Of a DNA stretch of 64,000 nt, positions 50,829 through 59,659 are shown one piece after another (positions within the stretch are counted from its first letter, which is position 1; every line of letters starts with the position of its first letter). The translations under genes were made by a program, and so were the position numbers. Source of the DNA: an uncultured archaeon (lineage in GTDB: Archaea > Asgardarchaeota > Lokiarchaeia > Sigyniarchaeales > SOKP01); the NCBI GenBank assembly GCA_964583985.1, contig CAZOYD010000003.1, positions 35,128 through 99,127 of the forward strand, in the 5' to 3' direction. The notes beneath the pieces are model-generated. The model searched no databases, was not told the DNA's origin, and saw only the letters and a program-made list of their open reading frames with translations.

Positions 50829-51866
50829 ATGAAAAAAATAGGGATATTTGATAGTGGTGTCGAAACCCCGGAAGAAATTATAATGGCAGCAGGATTCGTA
50901 CCTTTCAGGCTTTTTGGAGATCCCACCATTCAACCAGAAAAAGCAAACGAACACATTCCACCGACTCACTGTATCTGGACTAGAAACCTTTTAGAACTAG
51001 CAATTGCAGGTTTAGACGAAGACATTGTTGGGATAGTTTCCAGTCATGGTTGTGATAGAACAAATCGCGAGTTCGATATCTGGTTAGAATGCTTAAATTA
51101 CAAGTTTATGTTCTTTCTGAATTCTCCTCGGAAACGCGACGACGTCGCTTTAAAATTCTTTATTGATGATTTAAATGAATTTAAGGATCAATTACAGGAT
51201 ACATTTAATATAGAAATTACTAATGAAAAATTGAAAGCATCCATACATAAAATGAACAAAATTCGAGCGTTACTTAGAGAAATATCAGAATATCGAACCA
51301 AATACATGTTAAAAGGCTCTCAATTTCATGCGTTAGTAAAAAAAATCCAGCAACTCCCTAAAGATGAAGCACTTTCCTTGTTAGAAATACGATTGAAAGA
51401 TCTAAAAGCTTCTAATGATTTAATTGCCAAAGAAATGAAGCCAATATTAATAACGGGATCCGATATCGATGACACTGAAATTATCGTTCTACTCGAATCT
51501 CTGGGATTTCACGTGATAATCGATGATTTGGGGGTGGGTACTAAGTATTTTTGGAATTCGGTAAATGAAAATGAACCTCCAGTAGAAGCCATAGCAAAAT
51601 ATCATCTCTCCAAACCAATCCTTTCCACTAAATTTCCTTCATATGAACGATATAACGTGCTCGAAAACCTTGCTAAAAAGTATGAAGTTGCTGGAGTTAT
51701 TAATATCGCTCAGAAATTTTGTGAACCTGTCCTCTATGATCATCCCTATCTAAAGAAGAAATTCAAGGAACTTGGGGTTCCATATCTCTTTGTCGAAATG
51801 ACTTATAATCGTGAGTCATATTCTCAATTAAATACTCGTTTCTCAGCATTTGCTGAAATGATTTAG
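50829..51866 (+). CDS. 2-hydroxyacyl-CoA dehydratase / benzoyl-CoA reductase family subunit (HGD-D, beta/BzdN-like)
   Basis: PEEIIMAAG, CD, LITGS, DDL and KFCEP motifs. Likely start is ATG 50829. Confidence 0.85.
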   Translation: MKKIGIFDSGVETPEEIIMAAGFVPFRLFGDPTIQPEKANEHIPPTHCIWTRNLLELAIAGLDEDIVGIVSSHGCDRTNREFDIWLECLNYKFMFFLNSPRKRDDVALKFFIDDLNEFKDQLQDTFNIEITNEKLKASIHKMNKIRALLREISEYRTKYMLKGSQFHALVKKIQQLPKDEALSLLEIRLKDLKASNDLIAKEMKPILITGSDIDDTEIIVLLESLGFHVIIDDLGVGTKYFWNSVNENEPPVEAIAKYHLSKPILSTKFPSYERYNVLENLAKKYEVAGVINIAQKFCEPVLYDHPYLKKKFKELGVPYLFVEMTYNRESYSQLNTRFSAFAEMI

Positions 51867-51877
51867 GAGGGAAAAAA

Positions 51878-53152
51878 ATGTCAGCAACAGAAAAATCGGG
51901 AAAAACACAACATAATAAGATGTTAAATGCCACCCAAGGGTTAAAAAACATAATGGGAAGGCATTTTTTAGCTATCGAGCAAGCATATCGAGATGGAAAG
52001 CCTACTGCATGGGCAACCTCTGGAAGCCCCGTAGAAATGCTTTATACGATGGATGTGCAACCCATGCTTCCTGAAAATTCGGCTACCGTCTCAGCCGCTC
52101 AAAAATATTCGCAAAACTTTATTGAATTAGCTGAAGCTGAGGGATATTCCTATGATCTCTGCTCCTATTTCAAAACAAACGTGGGTGCCGTGTTAAGCAA
52201 CGCAGGAATGGCTGAAGGTGGAACGCGAAAGCCAACATTCATGCTATCAACTGACGTCATTTGTGATACTCATGTGGATTGGTTTCAAGTTCAAGCAGAA
52301 AAATTTAACGTTCCTCATTATAGCATTGACGTTCCTCACGTCGTAAGCAATACTACTAATCGCCAATATAATTATTTTAAAAAATATGTCACGGAACAAC
52401 TCTATGAATTCATCGAGTTCATTCAAGAAGTCACTGGACATGAGTATAATGAAGAAAAAGCAAAACAAGTATCTGAAAATTCATGGAACTTAAGTAAAGT
52501 ATGGCAGGACATCTATGAGTTGAGAAAATGCATTCCTTGTCCTATTTCAACTCGAGATACATTCGGTGGATTATTTCCCCTTTTTACAATGCCTGGATTG
52601 AAGGAACCTATCAAATTATACAAGAGAATGTATAAAGAGGCAAAGGAAAGAGTTGATAATGGAGTTGGGGCGTTGGAGAAAGAGGATTTTAGGCTTATGT
52701 TCGAAGGCATACCTTTTTGGTACAATTTGAAATACTTCGGACAACTTGAGCGATGGAATGCCATAATTGTATATGAACCTTATACATATGCTTTCAGCAA
52801 ATACATGAATCCAAAAGTGACCAAGGAAATGGTACTAAACAAACCCATTGAAGCAATGTCAGAATTAATGTTAAGTTTTTGGTATGTTTACGATTTAGAA
52901 ACCCGCATCAAGAAATTTGAGGAAACAGTAAAAGATTGGAGCATTGATGGGGTATTACTTCATAACAACTTATCATGTCGCCCGAATTCTTGTGGAATGT
53001 ACGATTTAAAGCGCCACTTGATGGATGATTATGATATACCTTGCCTTATCATCGATGCCGATATGAATGATCCCCGGAAGCTAAATGAAACCCAAACACT
53101 CAATCAGATTGAAAGCTTTATTGAGATCTTGCGACAGAGGAAAAAAGCTTAA
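51878..53152 (+). CDS. 2-hydroxyacyl-CoA dehydratase / benzoyl-CoA reductase family subunit (HGD-D, alpha/BzdO-like)
   Basis: PEN, DLCSY, ICD, SCRP and D.DM.DPR motifs; GGAGG RBS upstream. Confidence 0.85.
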   Translation: MSATEKSGKTQHNKMLNATQGLKNIMGRHFLAIEQAYRDGKPTAWATSGSPVEMLYTMDVQPMLPENSATVSAAQKYSQNFIELAEAEGYSYDLCSYFKTNVGAVLSNAGMAEGGTRKPTFMLSTDVICDTHVDWFQVQAEKFNVPHYSIDVPHVVSNTTNRQYNYFKKYVTEQLYEFIEFIQEVTGHEYNEEKAKQVSENSWNLSKVWQDIYELRKCIPCPISTRDTFGGLFPLFTMPGLKEPIKLYKRMYKEAKERVDNGVGALEKEDFRLMFEGIPFWYNLKYFGQLERWNAIIVYEPYTYAFSKYMNPKVTKEMVLNKPIEAMSELMLSFWYVYDLETRIKKFEETVKDWSIDGVLLHNNLSCRPNSCGMYDLKRHLMDDYDIPCLIIDADMNDPRKLNETQTLNQIESFIEILRQRKKA

Positions 53153-53189
53153 TATACAAATATGAGCATACATCAGGTTGAAGTTATAA

Positions 53190-53236
53190 AAAGGTAAATT
53201 CAGAGTCCGTTTCTAATGAAAATTCCTTTGAAAAAA
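53190..53236 (+). repeat. Dispersed direct repeat, copy 1 (30-bp core plus 17-bp extension)
   Basis: AAAGGTAAATTCAGAGTCCGTTTCTAATGA-AAATTCCTTTGAAAAAA. Confidence 0.9.
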
Positions 53237-53274
53237 TAATACATAAATTTCGGAATAAAGGGGAAGGATCATTT

Positions 53275-53805
53275 TTGGTATTTCTAGAAGGTCTATCGAT
53301 GTATCCATTATTTCAACCAAGTTCTCGAGTTCCGGTAAAACTCATGCCCAAGGGGACTGAATATGAAATGGGTGATATTATCGTGTTCAAAGGTTTTGAT
53401 TCCTATATCATCCATGTAGTTATAGATAGCTACGTTTATAAAGGTGTGACTTACTATGTTACAGGCGGATTAAATCAAGAATTTGATGAGCCAATAAGTG
53501 AAATTATTTTAGGATTTTTAGTAGATATAATTGACAAAATAGATGAAAATCCTGATCAAAATCCTGATCAAATAATAAATGATTATCTGGCAAAATATTA
53601 TGAAAGAAGGAAGCCAGTAGAACATTCTTTTAGTGATGCTTTAATTGAAATTGTCAAAAATGATATTATTCTCAATATAATAGAAGGGAATAAAGAAAAA
53701 TTTGAAAATGTTAGTCAACCTGTAATGAATAAATTAATCATGTTTTTCAAAGATTTTTTTATAGATGGATTCCATAAATACAAAAACATTGAAGTAAGCG
53801 ATTAA
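53275..53805 (+). CDS. Degenerate signal peptidase I (S26/Sec11-like) domain protein, probably a 5'-truncated fragment
   Basis: GLSMYP, GDIIVF, IIHVV and YYVTGGLN resemble S26 motifs. The frame stays open upstream through repeat copy 1 with no ATG. Confidence 0.45.
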   Translation: MVFLEGLSMYPLFQPSSRVPVKLMPKGTEYEMGDIIVFKGFDSYIIHVVIDSYVYKGVTYYVTGGLNQEFDEPISEIILGFLVDIIDKIDENPDQNPDQIINDYLAKYYERRKPVEHSFSDALIEIVKNDIILNIIEGNKEKFENVSQPVMNKLIMFFKDFFIDGFHKYKNIEVSD

Positions 53806-53944
53806 AAGAGCTTTATTTTATTTAATCTCGTATTTCAATTTATTTTCTCCCTCCCCCGTGGTGCCCCCTCCTGAAGAATAGATTATAACTTTAGAAACTA
53901 ATTCTAACAGCCACATCGCTAATTTTATGATAAAGTTGGATTTT

Positions 53945-54244
53945 CTAAACTCTATTTTTCCAATAACCTGGCTTTCTTTTCTGATGTGCTACGGCAATGA
54001 TTACTATTTTATCTTCTTTTTTCTCGAATTTATAATATAAAGAGAAAGGAAATCTCTTGGTATTAAATTTACGAATATTTTTCTTATAGTGAGACCATCT
54101 TTCTGGAGCTCGTACTATCTCCTGAAGTGACTTCTCTATTTCTTCTAAAAAATCGAATCCTAATCCTGATGCCTGTTGATTATAATATTGAGCAGAATAA
54201 TTCAATTCTTCTTCTGCTTCTAACAAAAAAGTGATTTCTGTCAT
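53945..54244 (-). CDS. Type II toxin, RelE/ParE family
   Basis: AEEEL...YY...GLG.DF, RFPFSLYY and IIAVAHQKRKPGYW motifs. Confidence 0.9.
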   Translation of the reverse strand: MTEITFLLEAEEELNYSAQYYNQQASGLGFDFLEEIEKSLQEIVRAPERWSHYKKNIRKFNTKRFPFSLYYKFEKKEDKIVIIAVAHQKRKPGYWKNRV

Positions 54245-54486
54245 TTCAGATTGGTCCTTGCGTCCTTTAGTACGTCATCCGCAGGTTTATCTGATACTTT
54301 TTTTTGTTTAAATTGAGAATATCTAGATTCAGCTTCTTTAATCCATAACTCATCGGCATTTTCCTCTTCTGAGTCCTCATCTAAACTCTGGAGTAATTGT
54401 CGAATTAATAACGCACGCTCTTCATTTGAAAGTTCTAATGCTTTTTTTTCAATTTCTCTAATATCTGATGTCATATCAATCCACAT
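54241..54486 (-). CDS. Addiction-module antitoxin (unstable antitoxin, TIGR02574-like)
   Basis: ALELS.EERA.L...LL.SLD...W..EAE.R pattern; ATGA overlap with the toxin. Confidence 0.85.
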   Translation of the reverse strand: MWIDMTSDIREIEKKALELSNEERALLIRQLLQSLDEDSEEENADELWIKEAESRYSQFKQKKVSDKPADDVLKDARTNLK

Positions 54487-54738
54487 CTGGTAACTTATTT
54501 TTGCACTATATTATTAATAGAATATGAAAAAATAAATGTAATGCTAAACTTGTAATTCTGTTATTATGAATTTTCAATATTTCTTTCTTATACCCATTTC
54601 TTTCAAATTGAATGGTTTATGGAATAATTTGAATTCAAATCGTTTAAGTTTTTAAGCTCTTCTTTTTCCTCCGTTTTAAGAGACACAAGGTTCGAGCCTT
54701 TTTAAATTTTGTCCCAATTTCCTTTGAAATTGGGTTGA

Positions 54739-54785
54739 AAAGGTAAATTCAGCGTCTGATTCCAATGAAAATTCCTTTGAAAAAA
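54739..54785 (+). repeat. Dispersed direct repeat, copy 2
   Basis: AAAGGTAAATTCAGCGTCTGATTCCAATGA-AAATTCCTTTGAAAAAA; 43/47 identical to copy 1. Confidence 0.9.
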
Positions 54786-54874
54786 CGAAGAAAAATCAGG
54801 AATGATTATTATAATCAATTATTGAAAAAATTTTCCATATGTATCATTGATTAAAGTATCAATGACGAATTTTA

Positions 54875-55165
54875 CTAAAGTTTGAGATTGAGTCTTCGAC
54901 TTCCATGAATAACAGAAATAATTTCTATATGTTCATTTTTAACCAAATAAATGATGCGATAATTTTTATAAAGGACTTCTCTCAAATTAGGATCATCATA
55001 TTCTGGGATCCTTCTCCCAAATTTAGGAAATTGTTGTAAATGACTTACCATTTCATAAATTTGTTTTACTAAAATTTGGGCATACTTTGGAGAATCTTTT
55101 GAGATATAATTCGCAATATCGTCTAATTCCTCAAGAGCATTGTTAGTCCATTTTATTTCAACCAT
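54875..55165 (-). CDS. Type II toxin, RelE/ParE family
   Basis: WT..A..EL..IA.YI..DS, FP..GR.IPE, LRE, YRIIY and VIHGSR motifs. Confidence 0.9.
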   Translation of the reverse strand: MVEIKWTNNALEELDDIANYISKDSPKYAQILVKQIYEMVSHLQQFPKFGRRIPEYDDPNLREVLYKNYRIIYLVKNEHIEIISVIHGSRRLNLKL

Positions 55166-55353
55166 TTTGCTAAACGCTCTTTCGCTTCTTCATGTGTGAA
55201 TAATCTTCCTTCCTCAGAATCTTTTAAACCCTTCTGTATTTTTTGTCTTACATATATTGCTTCAATTATGTCCTCCATGCTCACATCATTAGGAAGAGTT
55301 TTTATCATTTCTATAATATTTTCCTTTTCTGTCGCCACGAGCATTACCTTCAT
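55153..55353 (-). CDS. Antitoxin partner of the RelE/ParE toxin
   Basis: LP.DVS.EDI...IY.R.KI.KGL.D.EEGR..THEE.K.R..KW; overlaps the toxin start. Confidence 0.85.
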   Translation of the reverse strand: MKVMLVATEKENIIEMIKTLPNDVSMEDIIEAIYVRQKIQKGLKDSEEGRLFTHEEAKERLAKWLK

Positions 55354-55555
55354 TTAATTTAAAGAACCTATTAGATATATAATCTCGATCTCTATAAATT
55401 TTTTGGTCTTCTTATAATGACAGATAGAAGAAGAGGAGAGAATATATATGGTCATACAATCACGTTATCTTTAATTTTGCTTTAAAATCTCATTAAGGAA
55501 GAGGAAAAGCTAAAATTCTAAATTTTTCATTAAAATATATTGAATTTTAGGTTGG

Positions 55556-55585
55556 AAAGGTAAATTCAGCGTCTAATTTCAATGA
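55556..55585 (+). repeat. Dispersed direct repeat, copy 3
   Basis: AAAGGTAAATTCAGCGTCTAATTTCAATGA, followed by a degenerate extension TTCTTCTGAGAAAA. Confidence 0.9.
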
Positions 55586-55659
55586 TTCTTCTGAGAAAAA
55601 TTATATAATTTTACATTAAAATACTTCCGAGGGAAAAGTATAAAAGAATAAATGACAAA

Positions 55660-56226
55660 TTGTCATTTATAAGTAGTGAGCTAATTGATATAGAAGGTGT
55701 AAATAATCTGTGGATAAAAAGAAATTATGAAAAATGTAGTGGATGCCGAAGGTGTGAGATTGCGTGTTCTCTCTATCATGAAGGAAAAATTTGGCCGGAA
55801 GCTTCGAGGGTCAGAGTTTTCATGTTTGTTCCAGGAGTTGAGATACCCCATCTCTGCTTTCAATGTAATGATTACCCGTGTGTTGAGGCATGTCCCGAGG
55901 AAGCTCTCTCAGTTAACGTACATACAGGAGCTGTAATCACTGATAAATCGAAATGCACCGCATGTGGAACCTGTATTAATGCATGTCCTGGACGAGTCCC
56001 GCATTTACACCCTCAAAACGATTACATAGTGATTTGCGATTTATGTGGTGGGAACCCGAAATGTGTAGTGGCTTGTCAGGAAGGTAAGTGGGATGCTTTG
56101 AATCTCTTAAAGGGTATAGATGTAGAAACGGAAAAAACTCCTGCTAAAATCCCTAAGAAACTCGCATATGAAACTGCCAGAATACTATTGGGTGAAAAAA
56201 CAACTGAAGAGGTGTATGAATGGTGA
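55660..56226 (+). CDS. Polyferredoxin (4x[4Fe-4S]) small subunit, WOR5S-like
   Basis: CSGCRRCEIAC, CFQC.DYPCVEACP, CTACGTCINACP and CDLCGGNPKCV..C. Confidence 0.88.
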   Translation: MSFISSELIDIEGVNNLWIKRNYEKCSGCRRCEIACSLYHEGKIWPEASRVRVFMFVPGVEIPHLCFQCNDYPCVEACPEEALSVNVHTGAVITDKSKCTACGTCINACPGRVPHLHPQNDYIVICDLCGGNPKCVVACQEGKWDALNLLKGIDVETEKTPAKIPKKLAYETARILLGEKTTEEVYEW

Positions 56227-58097
56227 ATGGTTTTGCGGGGAAATTTCTGGAAATAGATCTGACAAATAAGAATATTAAAGAAATTACATTTTCAGATAAA
56301 ATTCTTCAGGATTACATGGGAGGAAGGGGTTTGGGAGTAAAGATATTGTGGGATCGGCTTGGAAATAAGTGGGAGACGATTGATCCTCTAGGTCCTGAAA
56401 ATATTTTACTCATGCTTACTGGTCCTTTAACGGGTTATTTTCTTGGTGCGAGAATTTGCGTGACTGGAAAATCCCCACAAGGTAATGGAATTGTAGGTTC
56501 AACAGTCGCGGGAGAATTTGGTGTGGAATTGAAATGTGCAGGATATGATGGAATAATTTTTACAGGAAAGGCTGAAAAACCGAGTTACGTATTTATTTGC
56601 GACGATCACGTGGAGATTAAAGATGCTTCATACATATGGGGAAAAACTAGCAGAGAGTCTTTGCGTTATCTCGTAAAACAATCGATTAACGACATCAAAA
56701 AGATTCATCCTAATTATGGGGAGTTTAAGGAACCTTCGGTTCTTTACATTGGTCCTGCTGGAGAAAATAAATCCAGAGTAGCAGCAGTGGAAGCAAAATA
56801 TGCACACGCTGCTGGTTACGGAGGATACGGTGGCGTGATGGGCTCTAAAAACTTAAAAGCAGTGGTTGTAAAAGGTTTTAATTCTTTACCAGACGTAATG
56901 GATCAGGATAAAATGCTCGAGCTATCACAGGAATTTTCAGATAATTGTTTTAGAATAGAATTTTTTAGACGTTGGGGTACTGGATCGGGAGGATATACAT
57001 TTGGAGCTGATTCAAGTTCAGAACCAGTTAGAAATTGGCAAGAAGAATGGCATGATGAGAAAAGTTATAAAGGGGAAGAATTCGACAAATTTTGGGTAAA
57101 AAAATACTGGGGAGATTATGGTTGTCCTGTTACGTGCCTAAAATTGGCAGTGTTACGAGATGGAAAGTACGCTGGAGCAATCTGTGATAATCCCGATTAC
57201 GAGCTTGAGGCTTTCCTGGGGGCAAATTTGGGCATTTTTTCACCAGAACAGAACATTTATCTCTCGTATATCATCGAAGAATTAGGATTTTGTGGTATTC
57301 AAGGTGGCGCAATTTTGGGTTTTACTGGAGAATTATTCCAAAGAGGCATCCTTTCAAAAGAAGATTTAGGAGGGATTAATCTTGAATGGGGAAATGTTGA
57401 TGCATTTGCAGAATTAACCAGAAAAATTGCGTTTAGAGAAGGTATTGGGGATGTACTAACAGAAGGTATATATCGGGCGGCTTTGAAACTTGAAGAAATG
57501 AAAAAGACTGAAGTTCTCAAATATGCAGTTCAGCTCAAAGGCATGGCAATCGGAGCTCACGGCCTTAAAAGCGGTAAGGATATGGTTACAACAACTTCAA
57601 TTGGATATAGCGTATCAGTTCAAGCAGGAGACCATACATCGTCGGCTTCTCTTCCTATTGATGGAGATGGAAGTGAATTATATTCAATTCTTAGTGATTC
57701 TGGAATATATTGTTTCTTTACCACCTTTACCTTAGAGTTTGATCAAATTGCATGTTTCTATCAAGCAGTTACAGGTTGGGAATTACCAAAAGAAAGCTGG
57801 TTCAGCGAAAAAGGGTTAAGAATTTTACAATTACAGAGAGCTGTATCGCTGCTTGGAGGACCGGATGCTGAATGGAGATCAAAGCAAGATGATAGCCTAC
57901 CTTCAAGATTTTGGGAACCTTTACCATCGGGACCATATAAAGGGGAATCAATAGATAAAAATGAATTCGAGAAATTAAAATCTGAATATTACGCAGCAGT
58001 GGGGTGGAATGAAGAAGGTGTACCCACCTCTGAAATATTGCAAAAGCTGGATTTAAAAGATGTTGAATTGAAGCTTAAAAAAGAAGGTTTGTTATAA
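56220..58097 (+). CDS. Tungsten-containing aldehyde:ferredoxin oxidoreductase family protein, WOR5-like
   Basis: GGRGLG, DPLGPEN, KSP, AGYDG, HAAGYGGYGGVMGSKNLKA, PDYE and EYY...GWNEEGVP motifs. Confidence 0.88.
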   Translation: MVNGFAGKFLEIDLTNKNIKEITFSDKILQDYMGGRGLGVKILWDRLGNKWETIDPLGPENILLMLTGPLTGYFLGARICVTGKSPQGNGIVGSTVAGEFGVELKCAGYDGIIFTGKAEKPSYVFICDDHVEIKDASYIWGKTSRESLRYLVKQSINDIKKIHPNYGEFKEPSVLYIGPAGENKSRVAAVEAKYAHAAGYGGYGGVMGSKNLKAVVVKGFNSLPDVMDQDKMLELSQEFSDNCFRIEFFRRWGTGSGGYTFGADSSSEPVRNWQEEWHDEKSYKGEEFDKFWVKKYWGDYGCPVTCLKLAVLRDGKYAGAICDNPDYELEAFLGANLGIFSPEQNIYLSYIIEELGFCGIQGGAILGFTGELFQRGILSKEDLGGINLEWGNVDAFAELTRKIAFREGIGDVLTEGIYRAALKLEEMKKTEVLKYAVQLKGMAIGAHGLKSGKDMVTTTSIGYSVSVQAGDHTSSASLPIDGDGSELYSILSDSGIYCFFTTFTLEFDQIACFYQAVTGWELPKESWFSEKGLRILQLQRAVSLLGGPDAEWRSKQDDSLPSRFWEPLPSGPYKGESIDKNEFEKLKSEYYAAVGWNEEGVPTSEILQKLDLKDVELKLKKEGLL

Positions 58098-58101
58098 TTG
58101 C

Positions 58102-58131
58102 AAAGGTAAATTCAGAGTCTGATTTCAATGA
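58102..58131 (+). repeat. Dispersed direct repeat, copy 4
   Basis: AAAGGTAAATTCAGAGTCTGATTTCAATGA, 4 bp after the oxidoreductase stop codon. Confidence 0.9.
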
Positions 58132-58290
58132 AAAAAAAAAAATAAAACCGACTATATATGACAAATAATTTTGGTGTGGATAGATGAAAAAGAAATTAAT
58201 AGAAAAGTATGATGTAAAACCTGATCAAAAAGCCTTAGAGACCAATTGGAGTTACTCAAATTGGAGATGCTGGAGGTGTTGGATGACATA

Positions 58291-59628
58291 ATGGATGATT
58301 ATTATGATATAGTGATTATTGGATCAGGTTTGGGTGGATTAACAGCAGCAAGTTTACTCTCCCGCAAGGGATTTAAAACTCTTGTGGTGGAGAGTAGAAG
58401 TCGGATAGGAGGGAGATTTTCCACTTTTGAGTATGAAGGGTTCAAATTACCTACTGGTGCGATTCTTATCCCAGATGGGTGGGTGATAAAATTACTTGAG
58501 GAGATGGGAATCAGGACTGATAATTTAAGACCAATAACACGAGTTTATTATAGAATTGACGGTAAAAGTTATGACATCCCATCTGAAATAGGAGTACCAA
58601 AGGCGCTTGATATAATGGATAAGCTTGAAAGAAAAGATGCTGAAGAGAAGAAACGTCCAACGATACCTGTCGAATTGAGTAAGATTATGCGTGGTTATTA
58701 TAAAAAAATGCGAGGAATAAATCAAGAAGAAATTATAACTGTGCGAGATTGGCTTCTTCAATATACTGAGAATGAAAAAGTGCACGATGCTTTTGATACT
58801 CTCTGTACAGGATTGATGATGGCTCATTCTTGGGAGCTACCTGTTTCAAAATTTTTCCTCTTCCAAGAAATGACTAAATTTTACATATCGCCTGACGGAA
58901 ACCTCAGCATAGCACAAGAACTTGCTAGAATAGTTGAGAAAACTGGTGCTGTATGGCCTAATTCCCCTGCGAGGAAAATAATCATCAAAGAGGGAAAAGC
59001 TACAAGTGTAATTGTTGAAAAAGCAGGAAAACAAATTGAAATAAAATGCAAGATGGTTATTAGTAATATAGGGGCTAAATCGACGGTAAATCTGGCAGGA
59101 AAAGAAAATTTTGATAATGAATATCTTGAAAAGATGCGTATAAAACTCCGACCAAGCCCCTGTATACTGGTTCTAATCGCAAGCGATAAGCCTCTGTGCT
59201 TGGAAGGATTACATGATGGGTTGGAAATAATCATGGGATCACGAAGAATTAAAACTGTTATTCCTATTAGTAATATCTGTCCGGAACTTGTTCCTCCAGG
59301 CCACCATCTTATTTATACTTCAGCTAAGTCCGAATCAACCCTCCATCCTATGGATATAAAATACGAAATGCAACAAGTTAAAAGTGATATTAAGGAATTT
59401 TTTCCAGATTTCGAAAAACACGGTCGAATTTTAAAAATGAGAGCATGTGGTATTATCAATGAATGGCCTGAAGGTCGAACTTGGCTTGGTTATGGTATGC
59501 CATTAGAGACGCCGATATCTAATCTATTTAACGTAGGAGATTCATGCATCGCTCCAGGTCTTATAGGAACTCCTGGTTCTGTAGAAAGTGGTTACCGGGT
59601 GGTTGATAGTGTTGAAAAATTATTATAA
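58291..59628 (+). CDS. FAD-dependent oxidoreductase, phytoene desaturase-like
   Basis: IIGSGLGGL, E...IGGR, TGA and NLFNVGD motifs. Likely start is ATG 58291, after GGAGGTG. Confidence 0.85.
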   Translation: MDDYYDIVIIGSGLGGLTAASLLSRKGFKTLVVESRSRIGGRFSTFEYEGFKLPTGAILIPDGWVIKLLEEMGIRTDNLRPITRVYYRIDGKSYDIPSEIGVPKALDIMDKLERKDAEEKKRPTIPVELSKIMRGYYKKMRGINQEEIITVRDWLLQYTENEKVHDAFDTLCTGLMMAHSWELPVSKFFLFQEMTKFYISPDGNLSIAQELARIVEKTGAVWPNSPARKIIIKEGKATSVIVEKAGKQIEIKCKMVISNIGAKSTVNLAGKENFDNEYLEKMRIKLRPSPCILVLIASDKPLCLEGLHDGLEIIMGSRRIKTVIPISNICPELVPPGHHLIYTSAKSESTLHPMDIKYEMQQVKSDIKEFFPDFEKHGRILKMRACGIINEWPEGRTWLGYGMPLETPISNLFNVGDSCIAPGLIGTPGSVESGYRVVDSVEKLL

Positions 59629-59659
59629 TCCAATTTGAAGAAATAAAAAATTTGATTTT

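Noticed and set aside
53883-53941. Possible attC site after the first toxin (minus-strand ATCCAAC ... GTTAGAA/GTTATAA)
   Set aside because: Neither right end fits GTTRRRY and the L boxes do not pair.
54685-54703. AAGGTTCGAGCCTT, resembling a tRNA T-arm
   Set aside because: Loop and stem sizes are wrong and no acceptor or anticodon arms can be formed.
53190-58131. The four 30-bp repeats as a CRISPR array; copy 4 on the minus strand contains TTGAAATCAGAC, which I recall from the 5' part of some euryarchaeal CRISPR repeats
   Set aside because: Intervals are 0.8-2.5 kb and contain genes, there is no ATTGAAAN-type 3' end and no cas genes are in the window. A 12-nt match may be chance.
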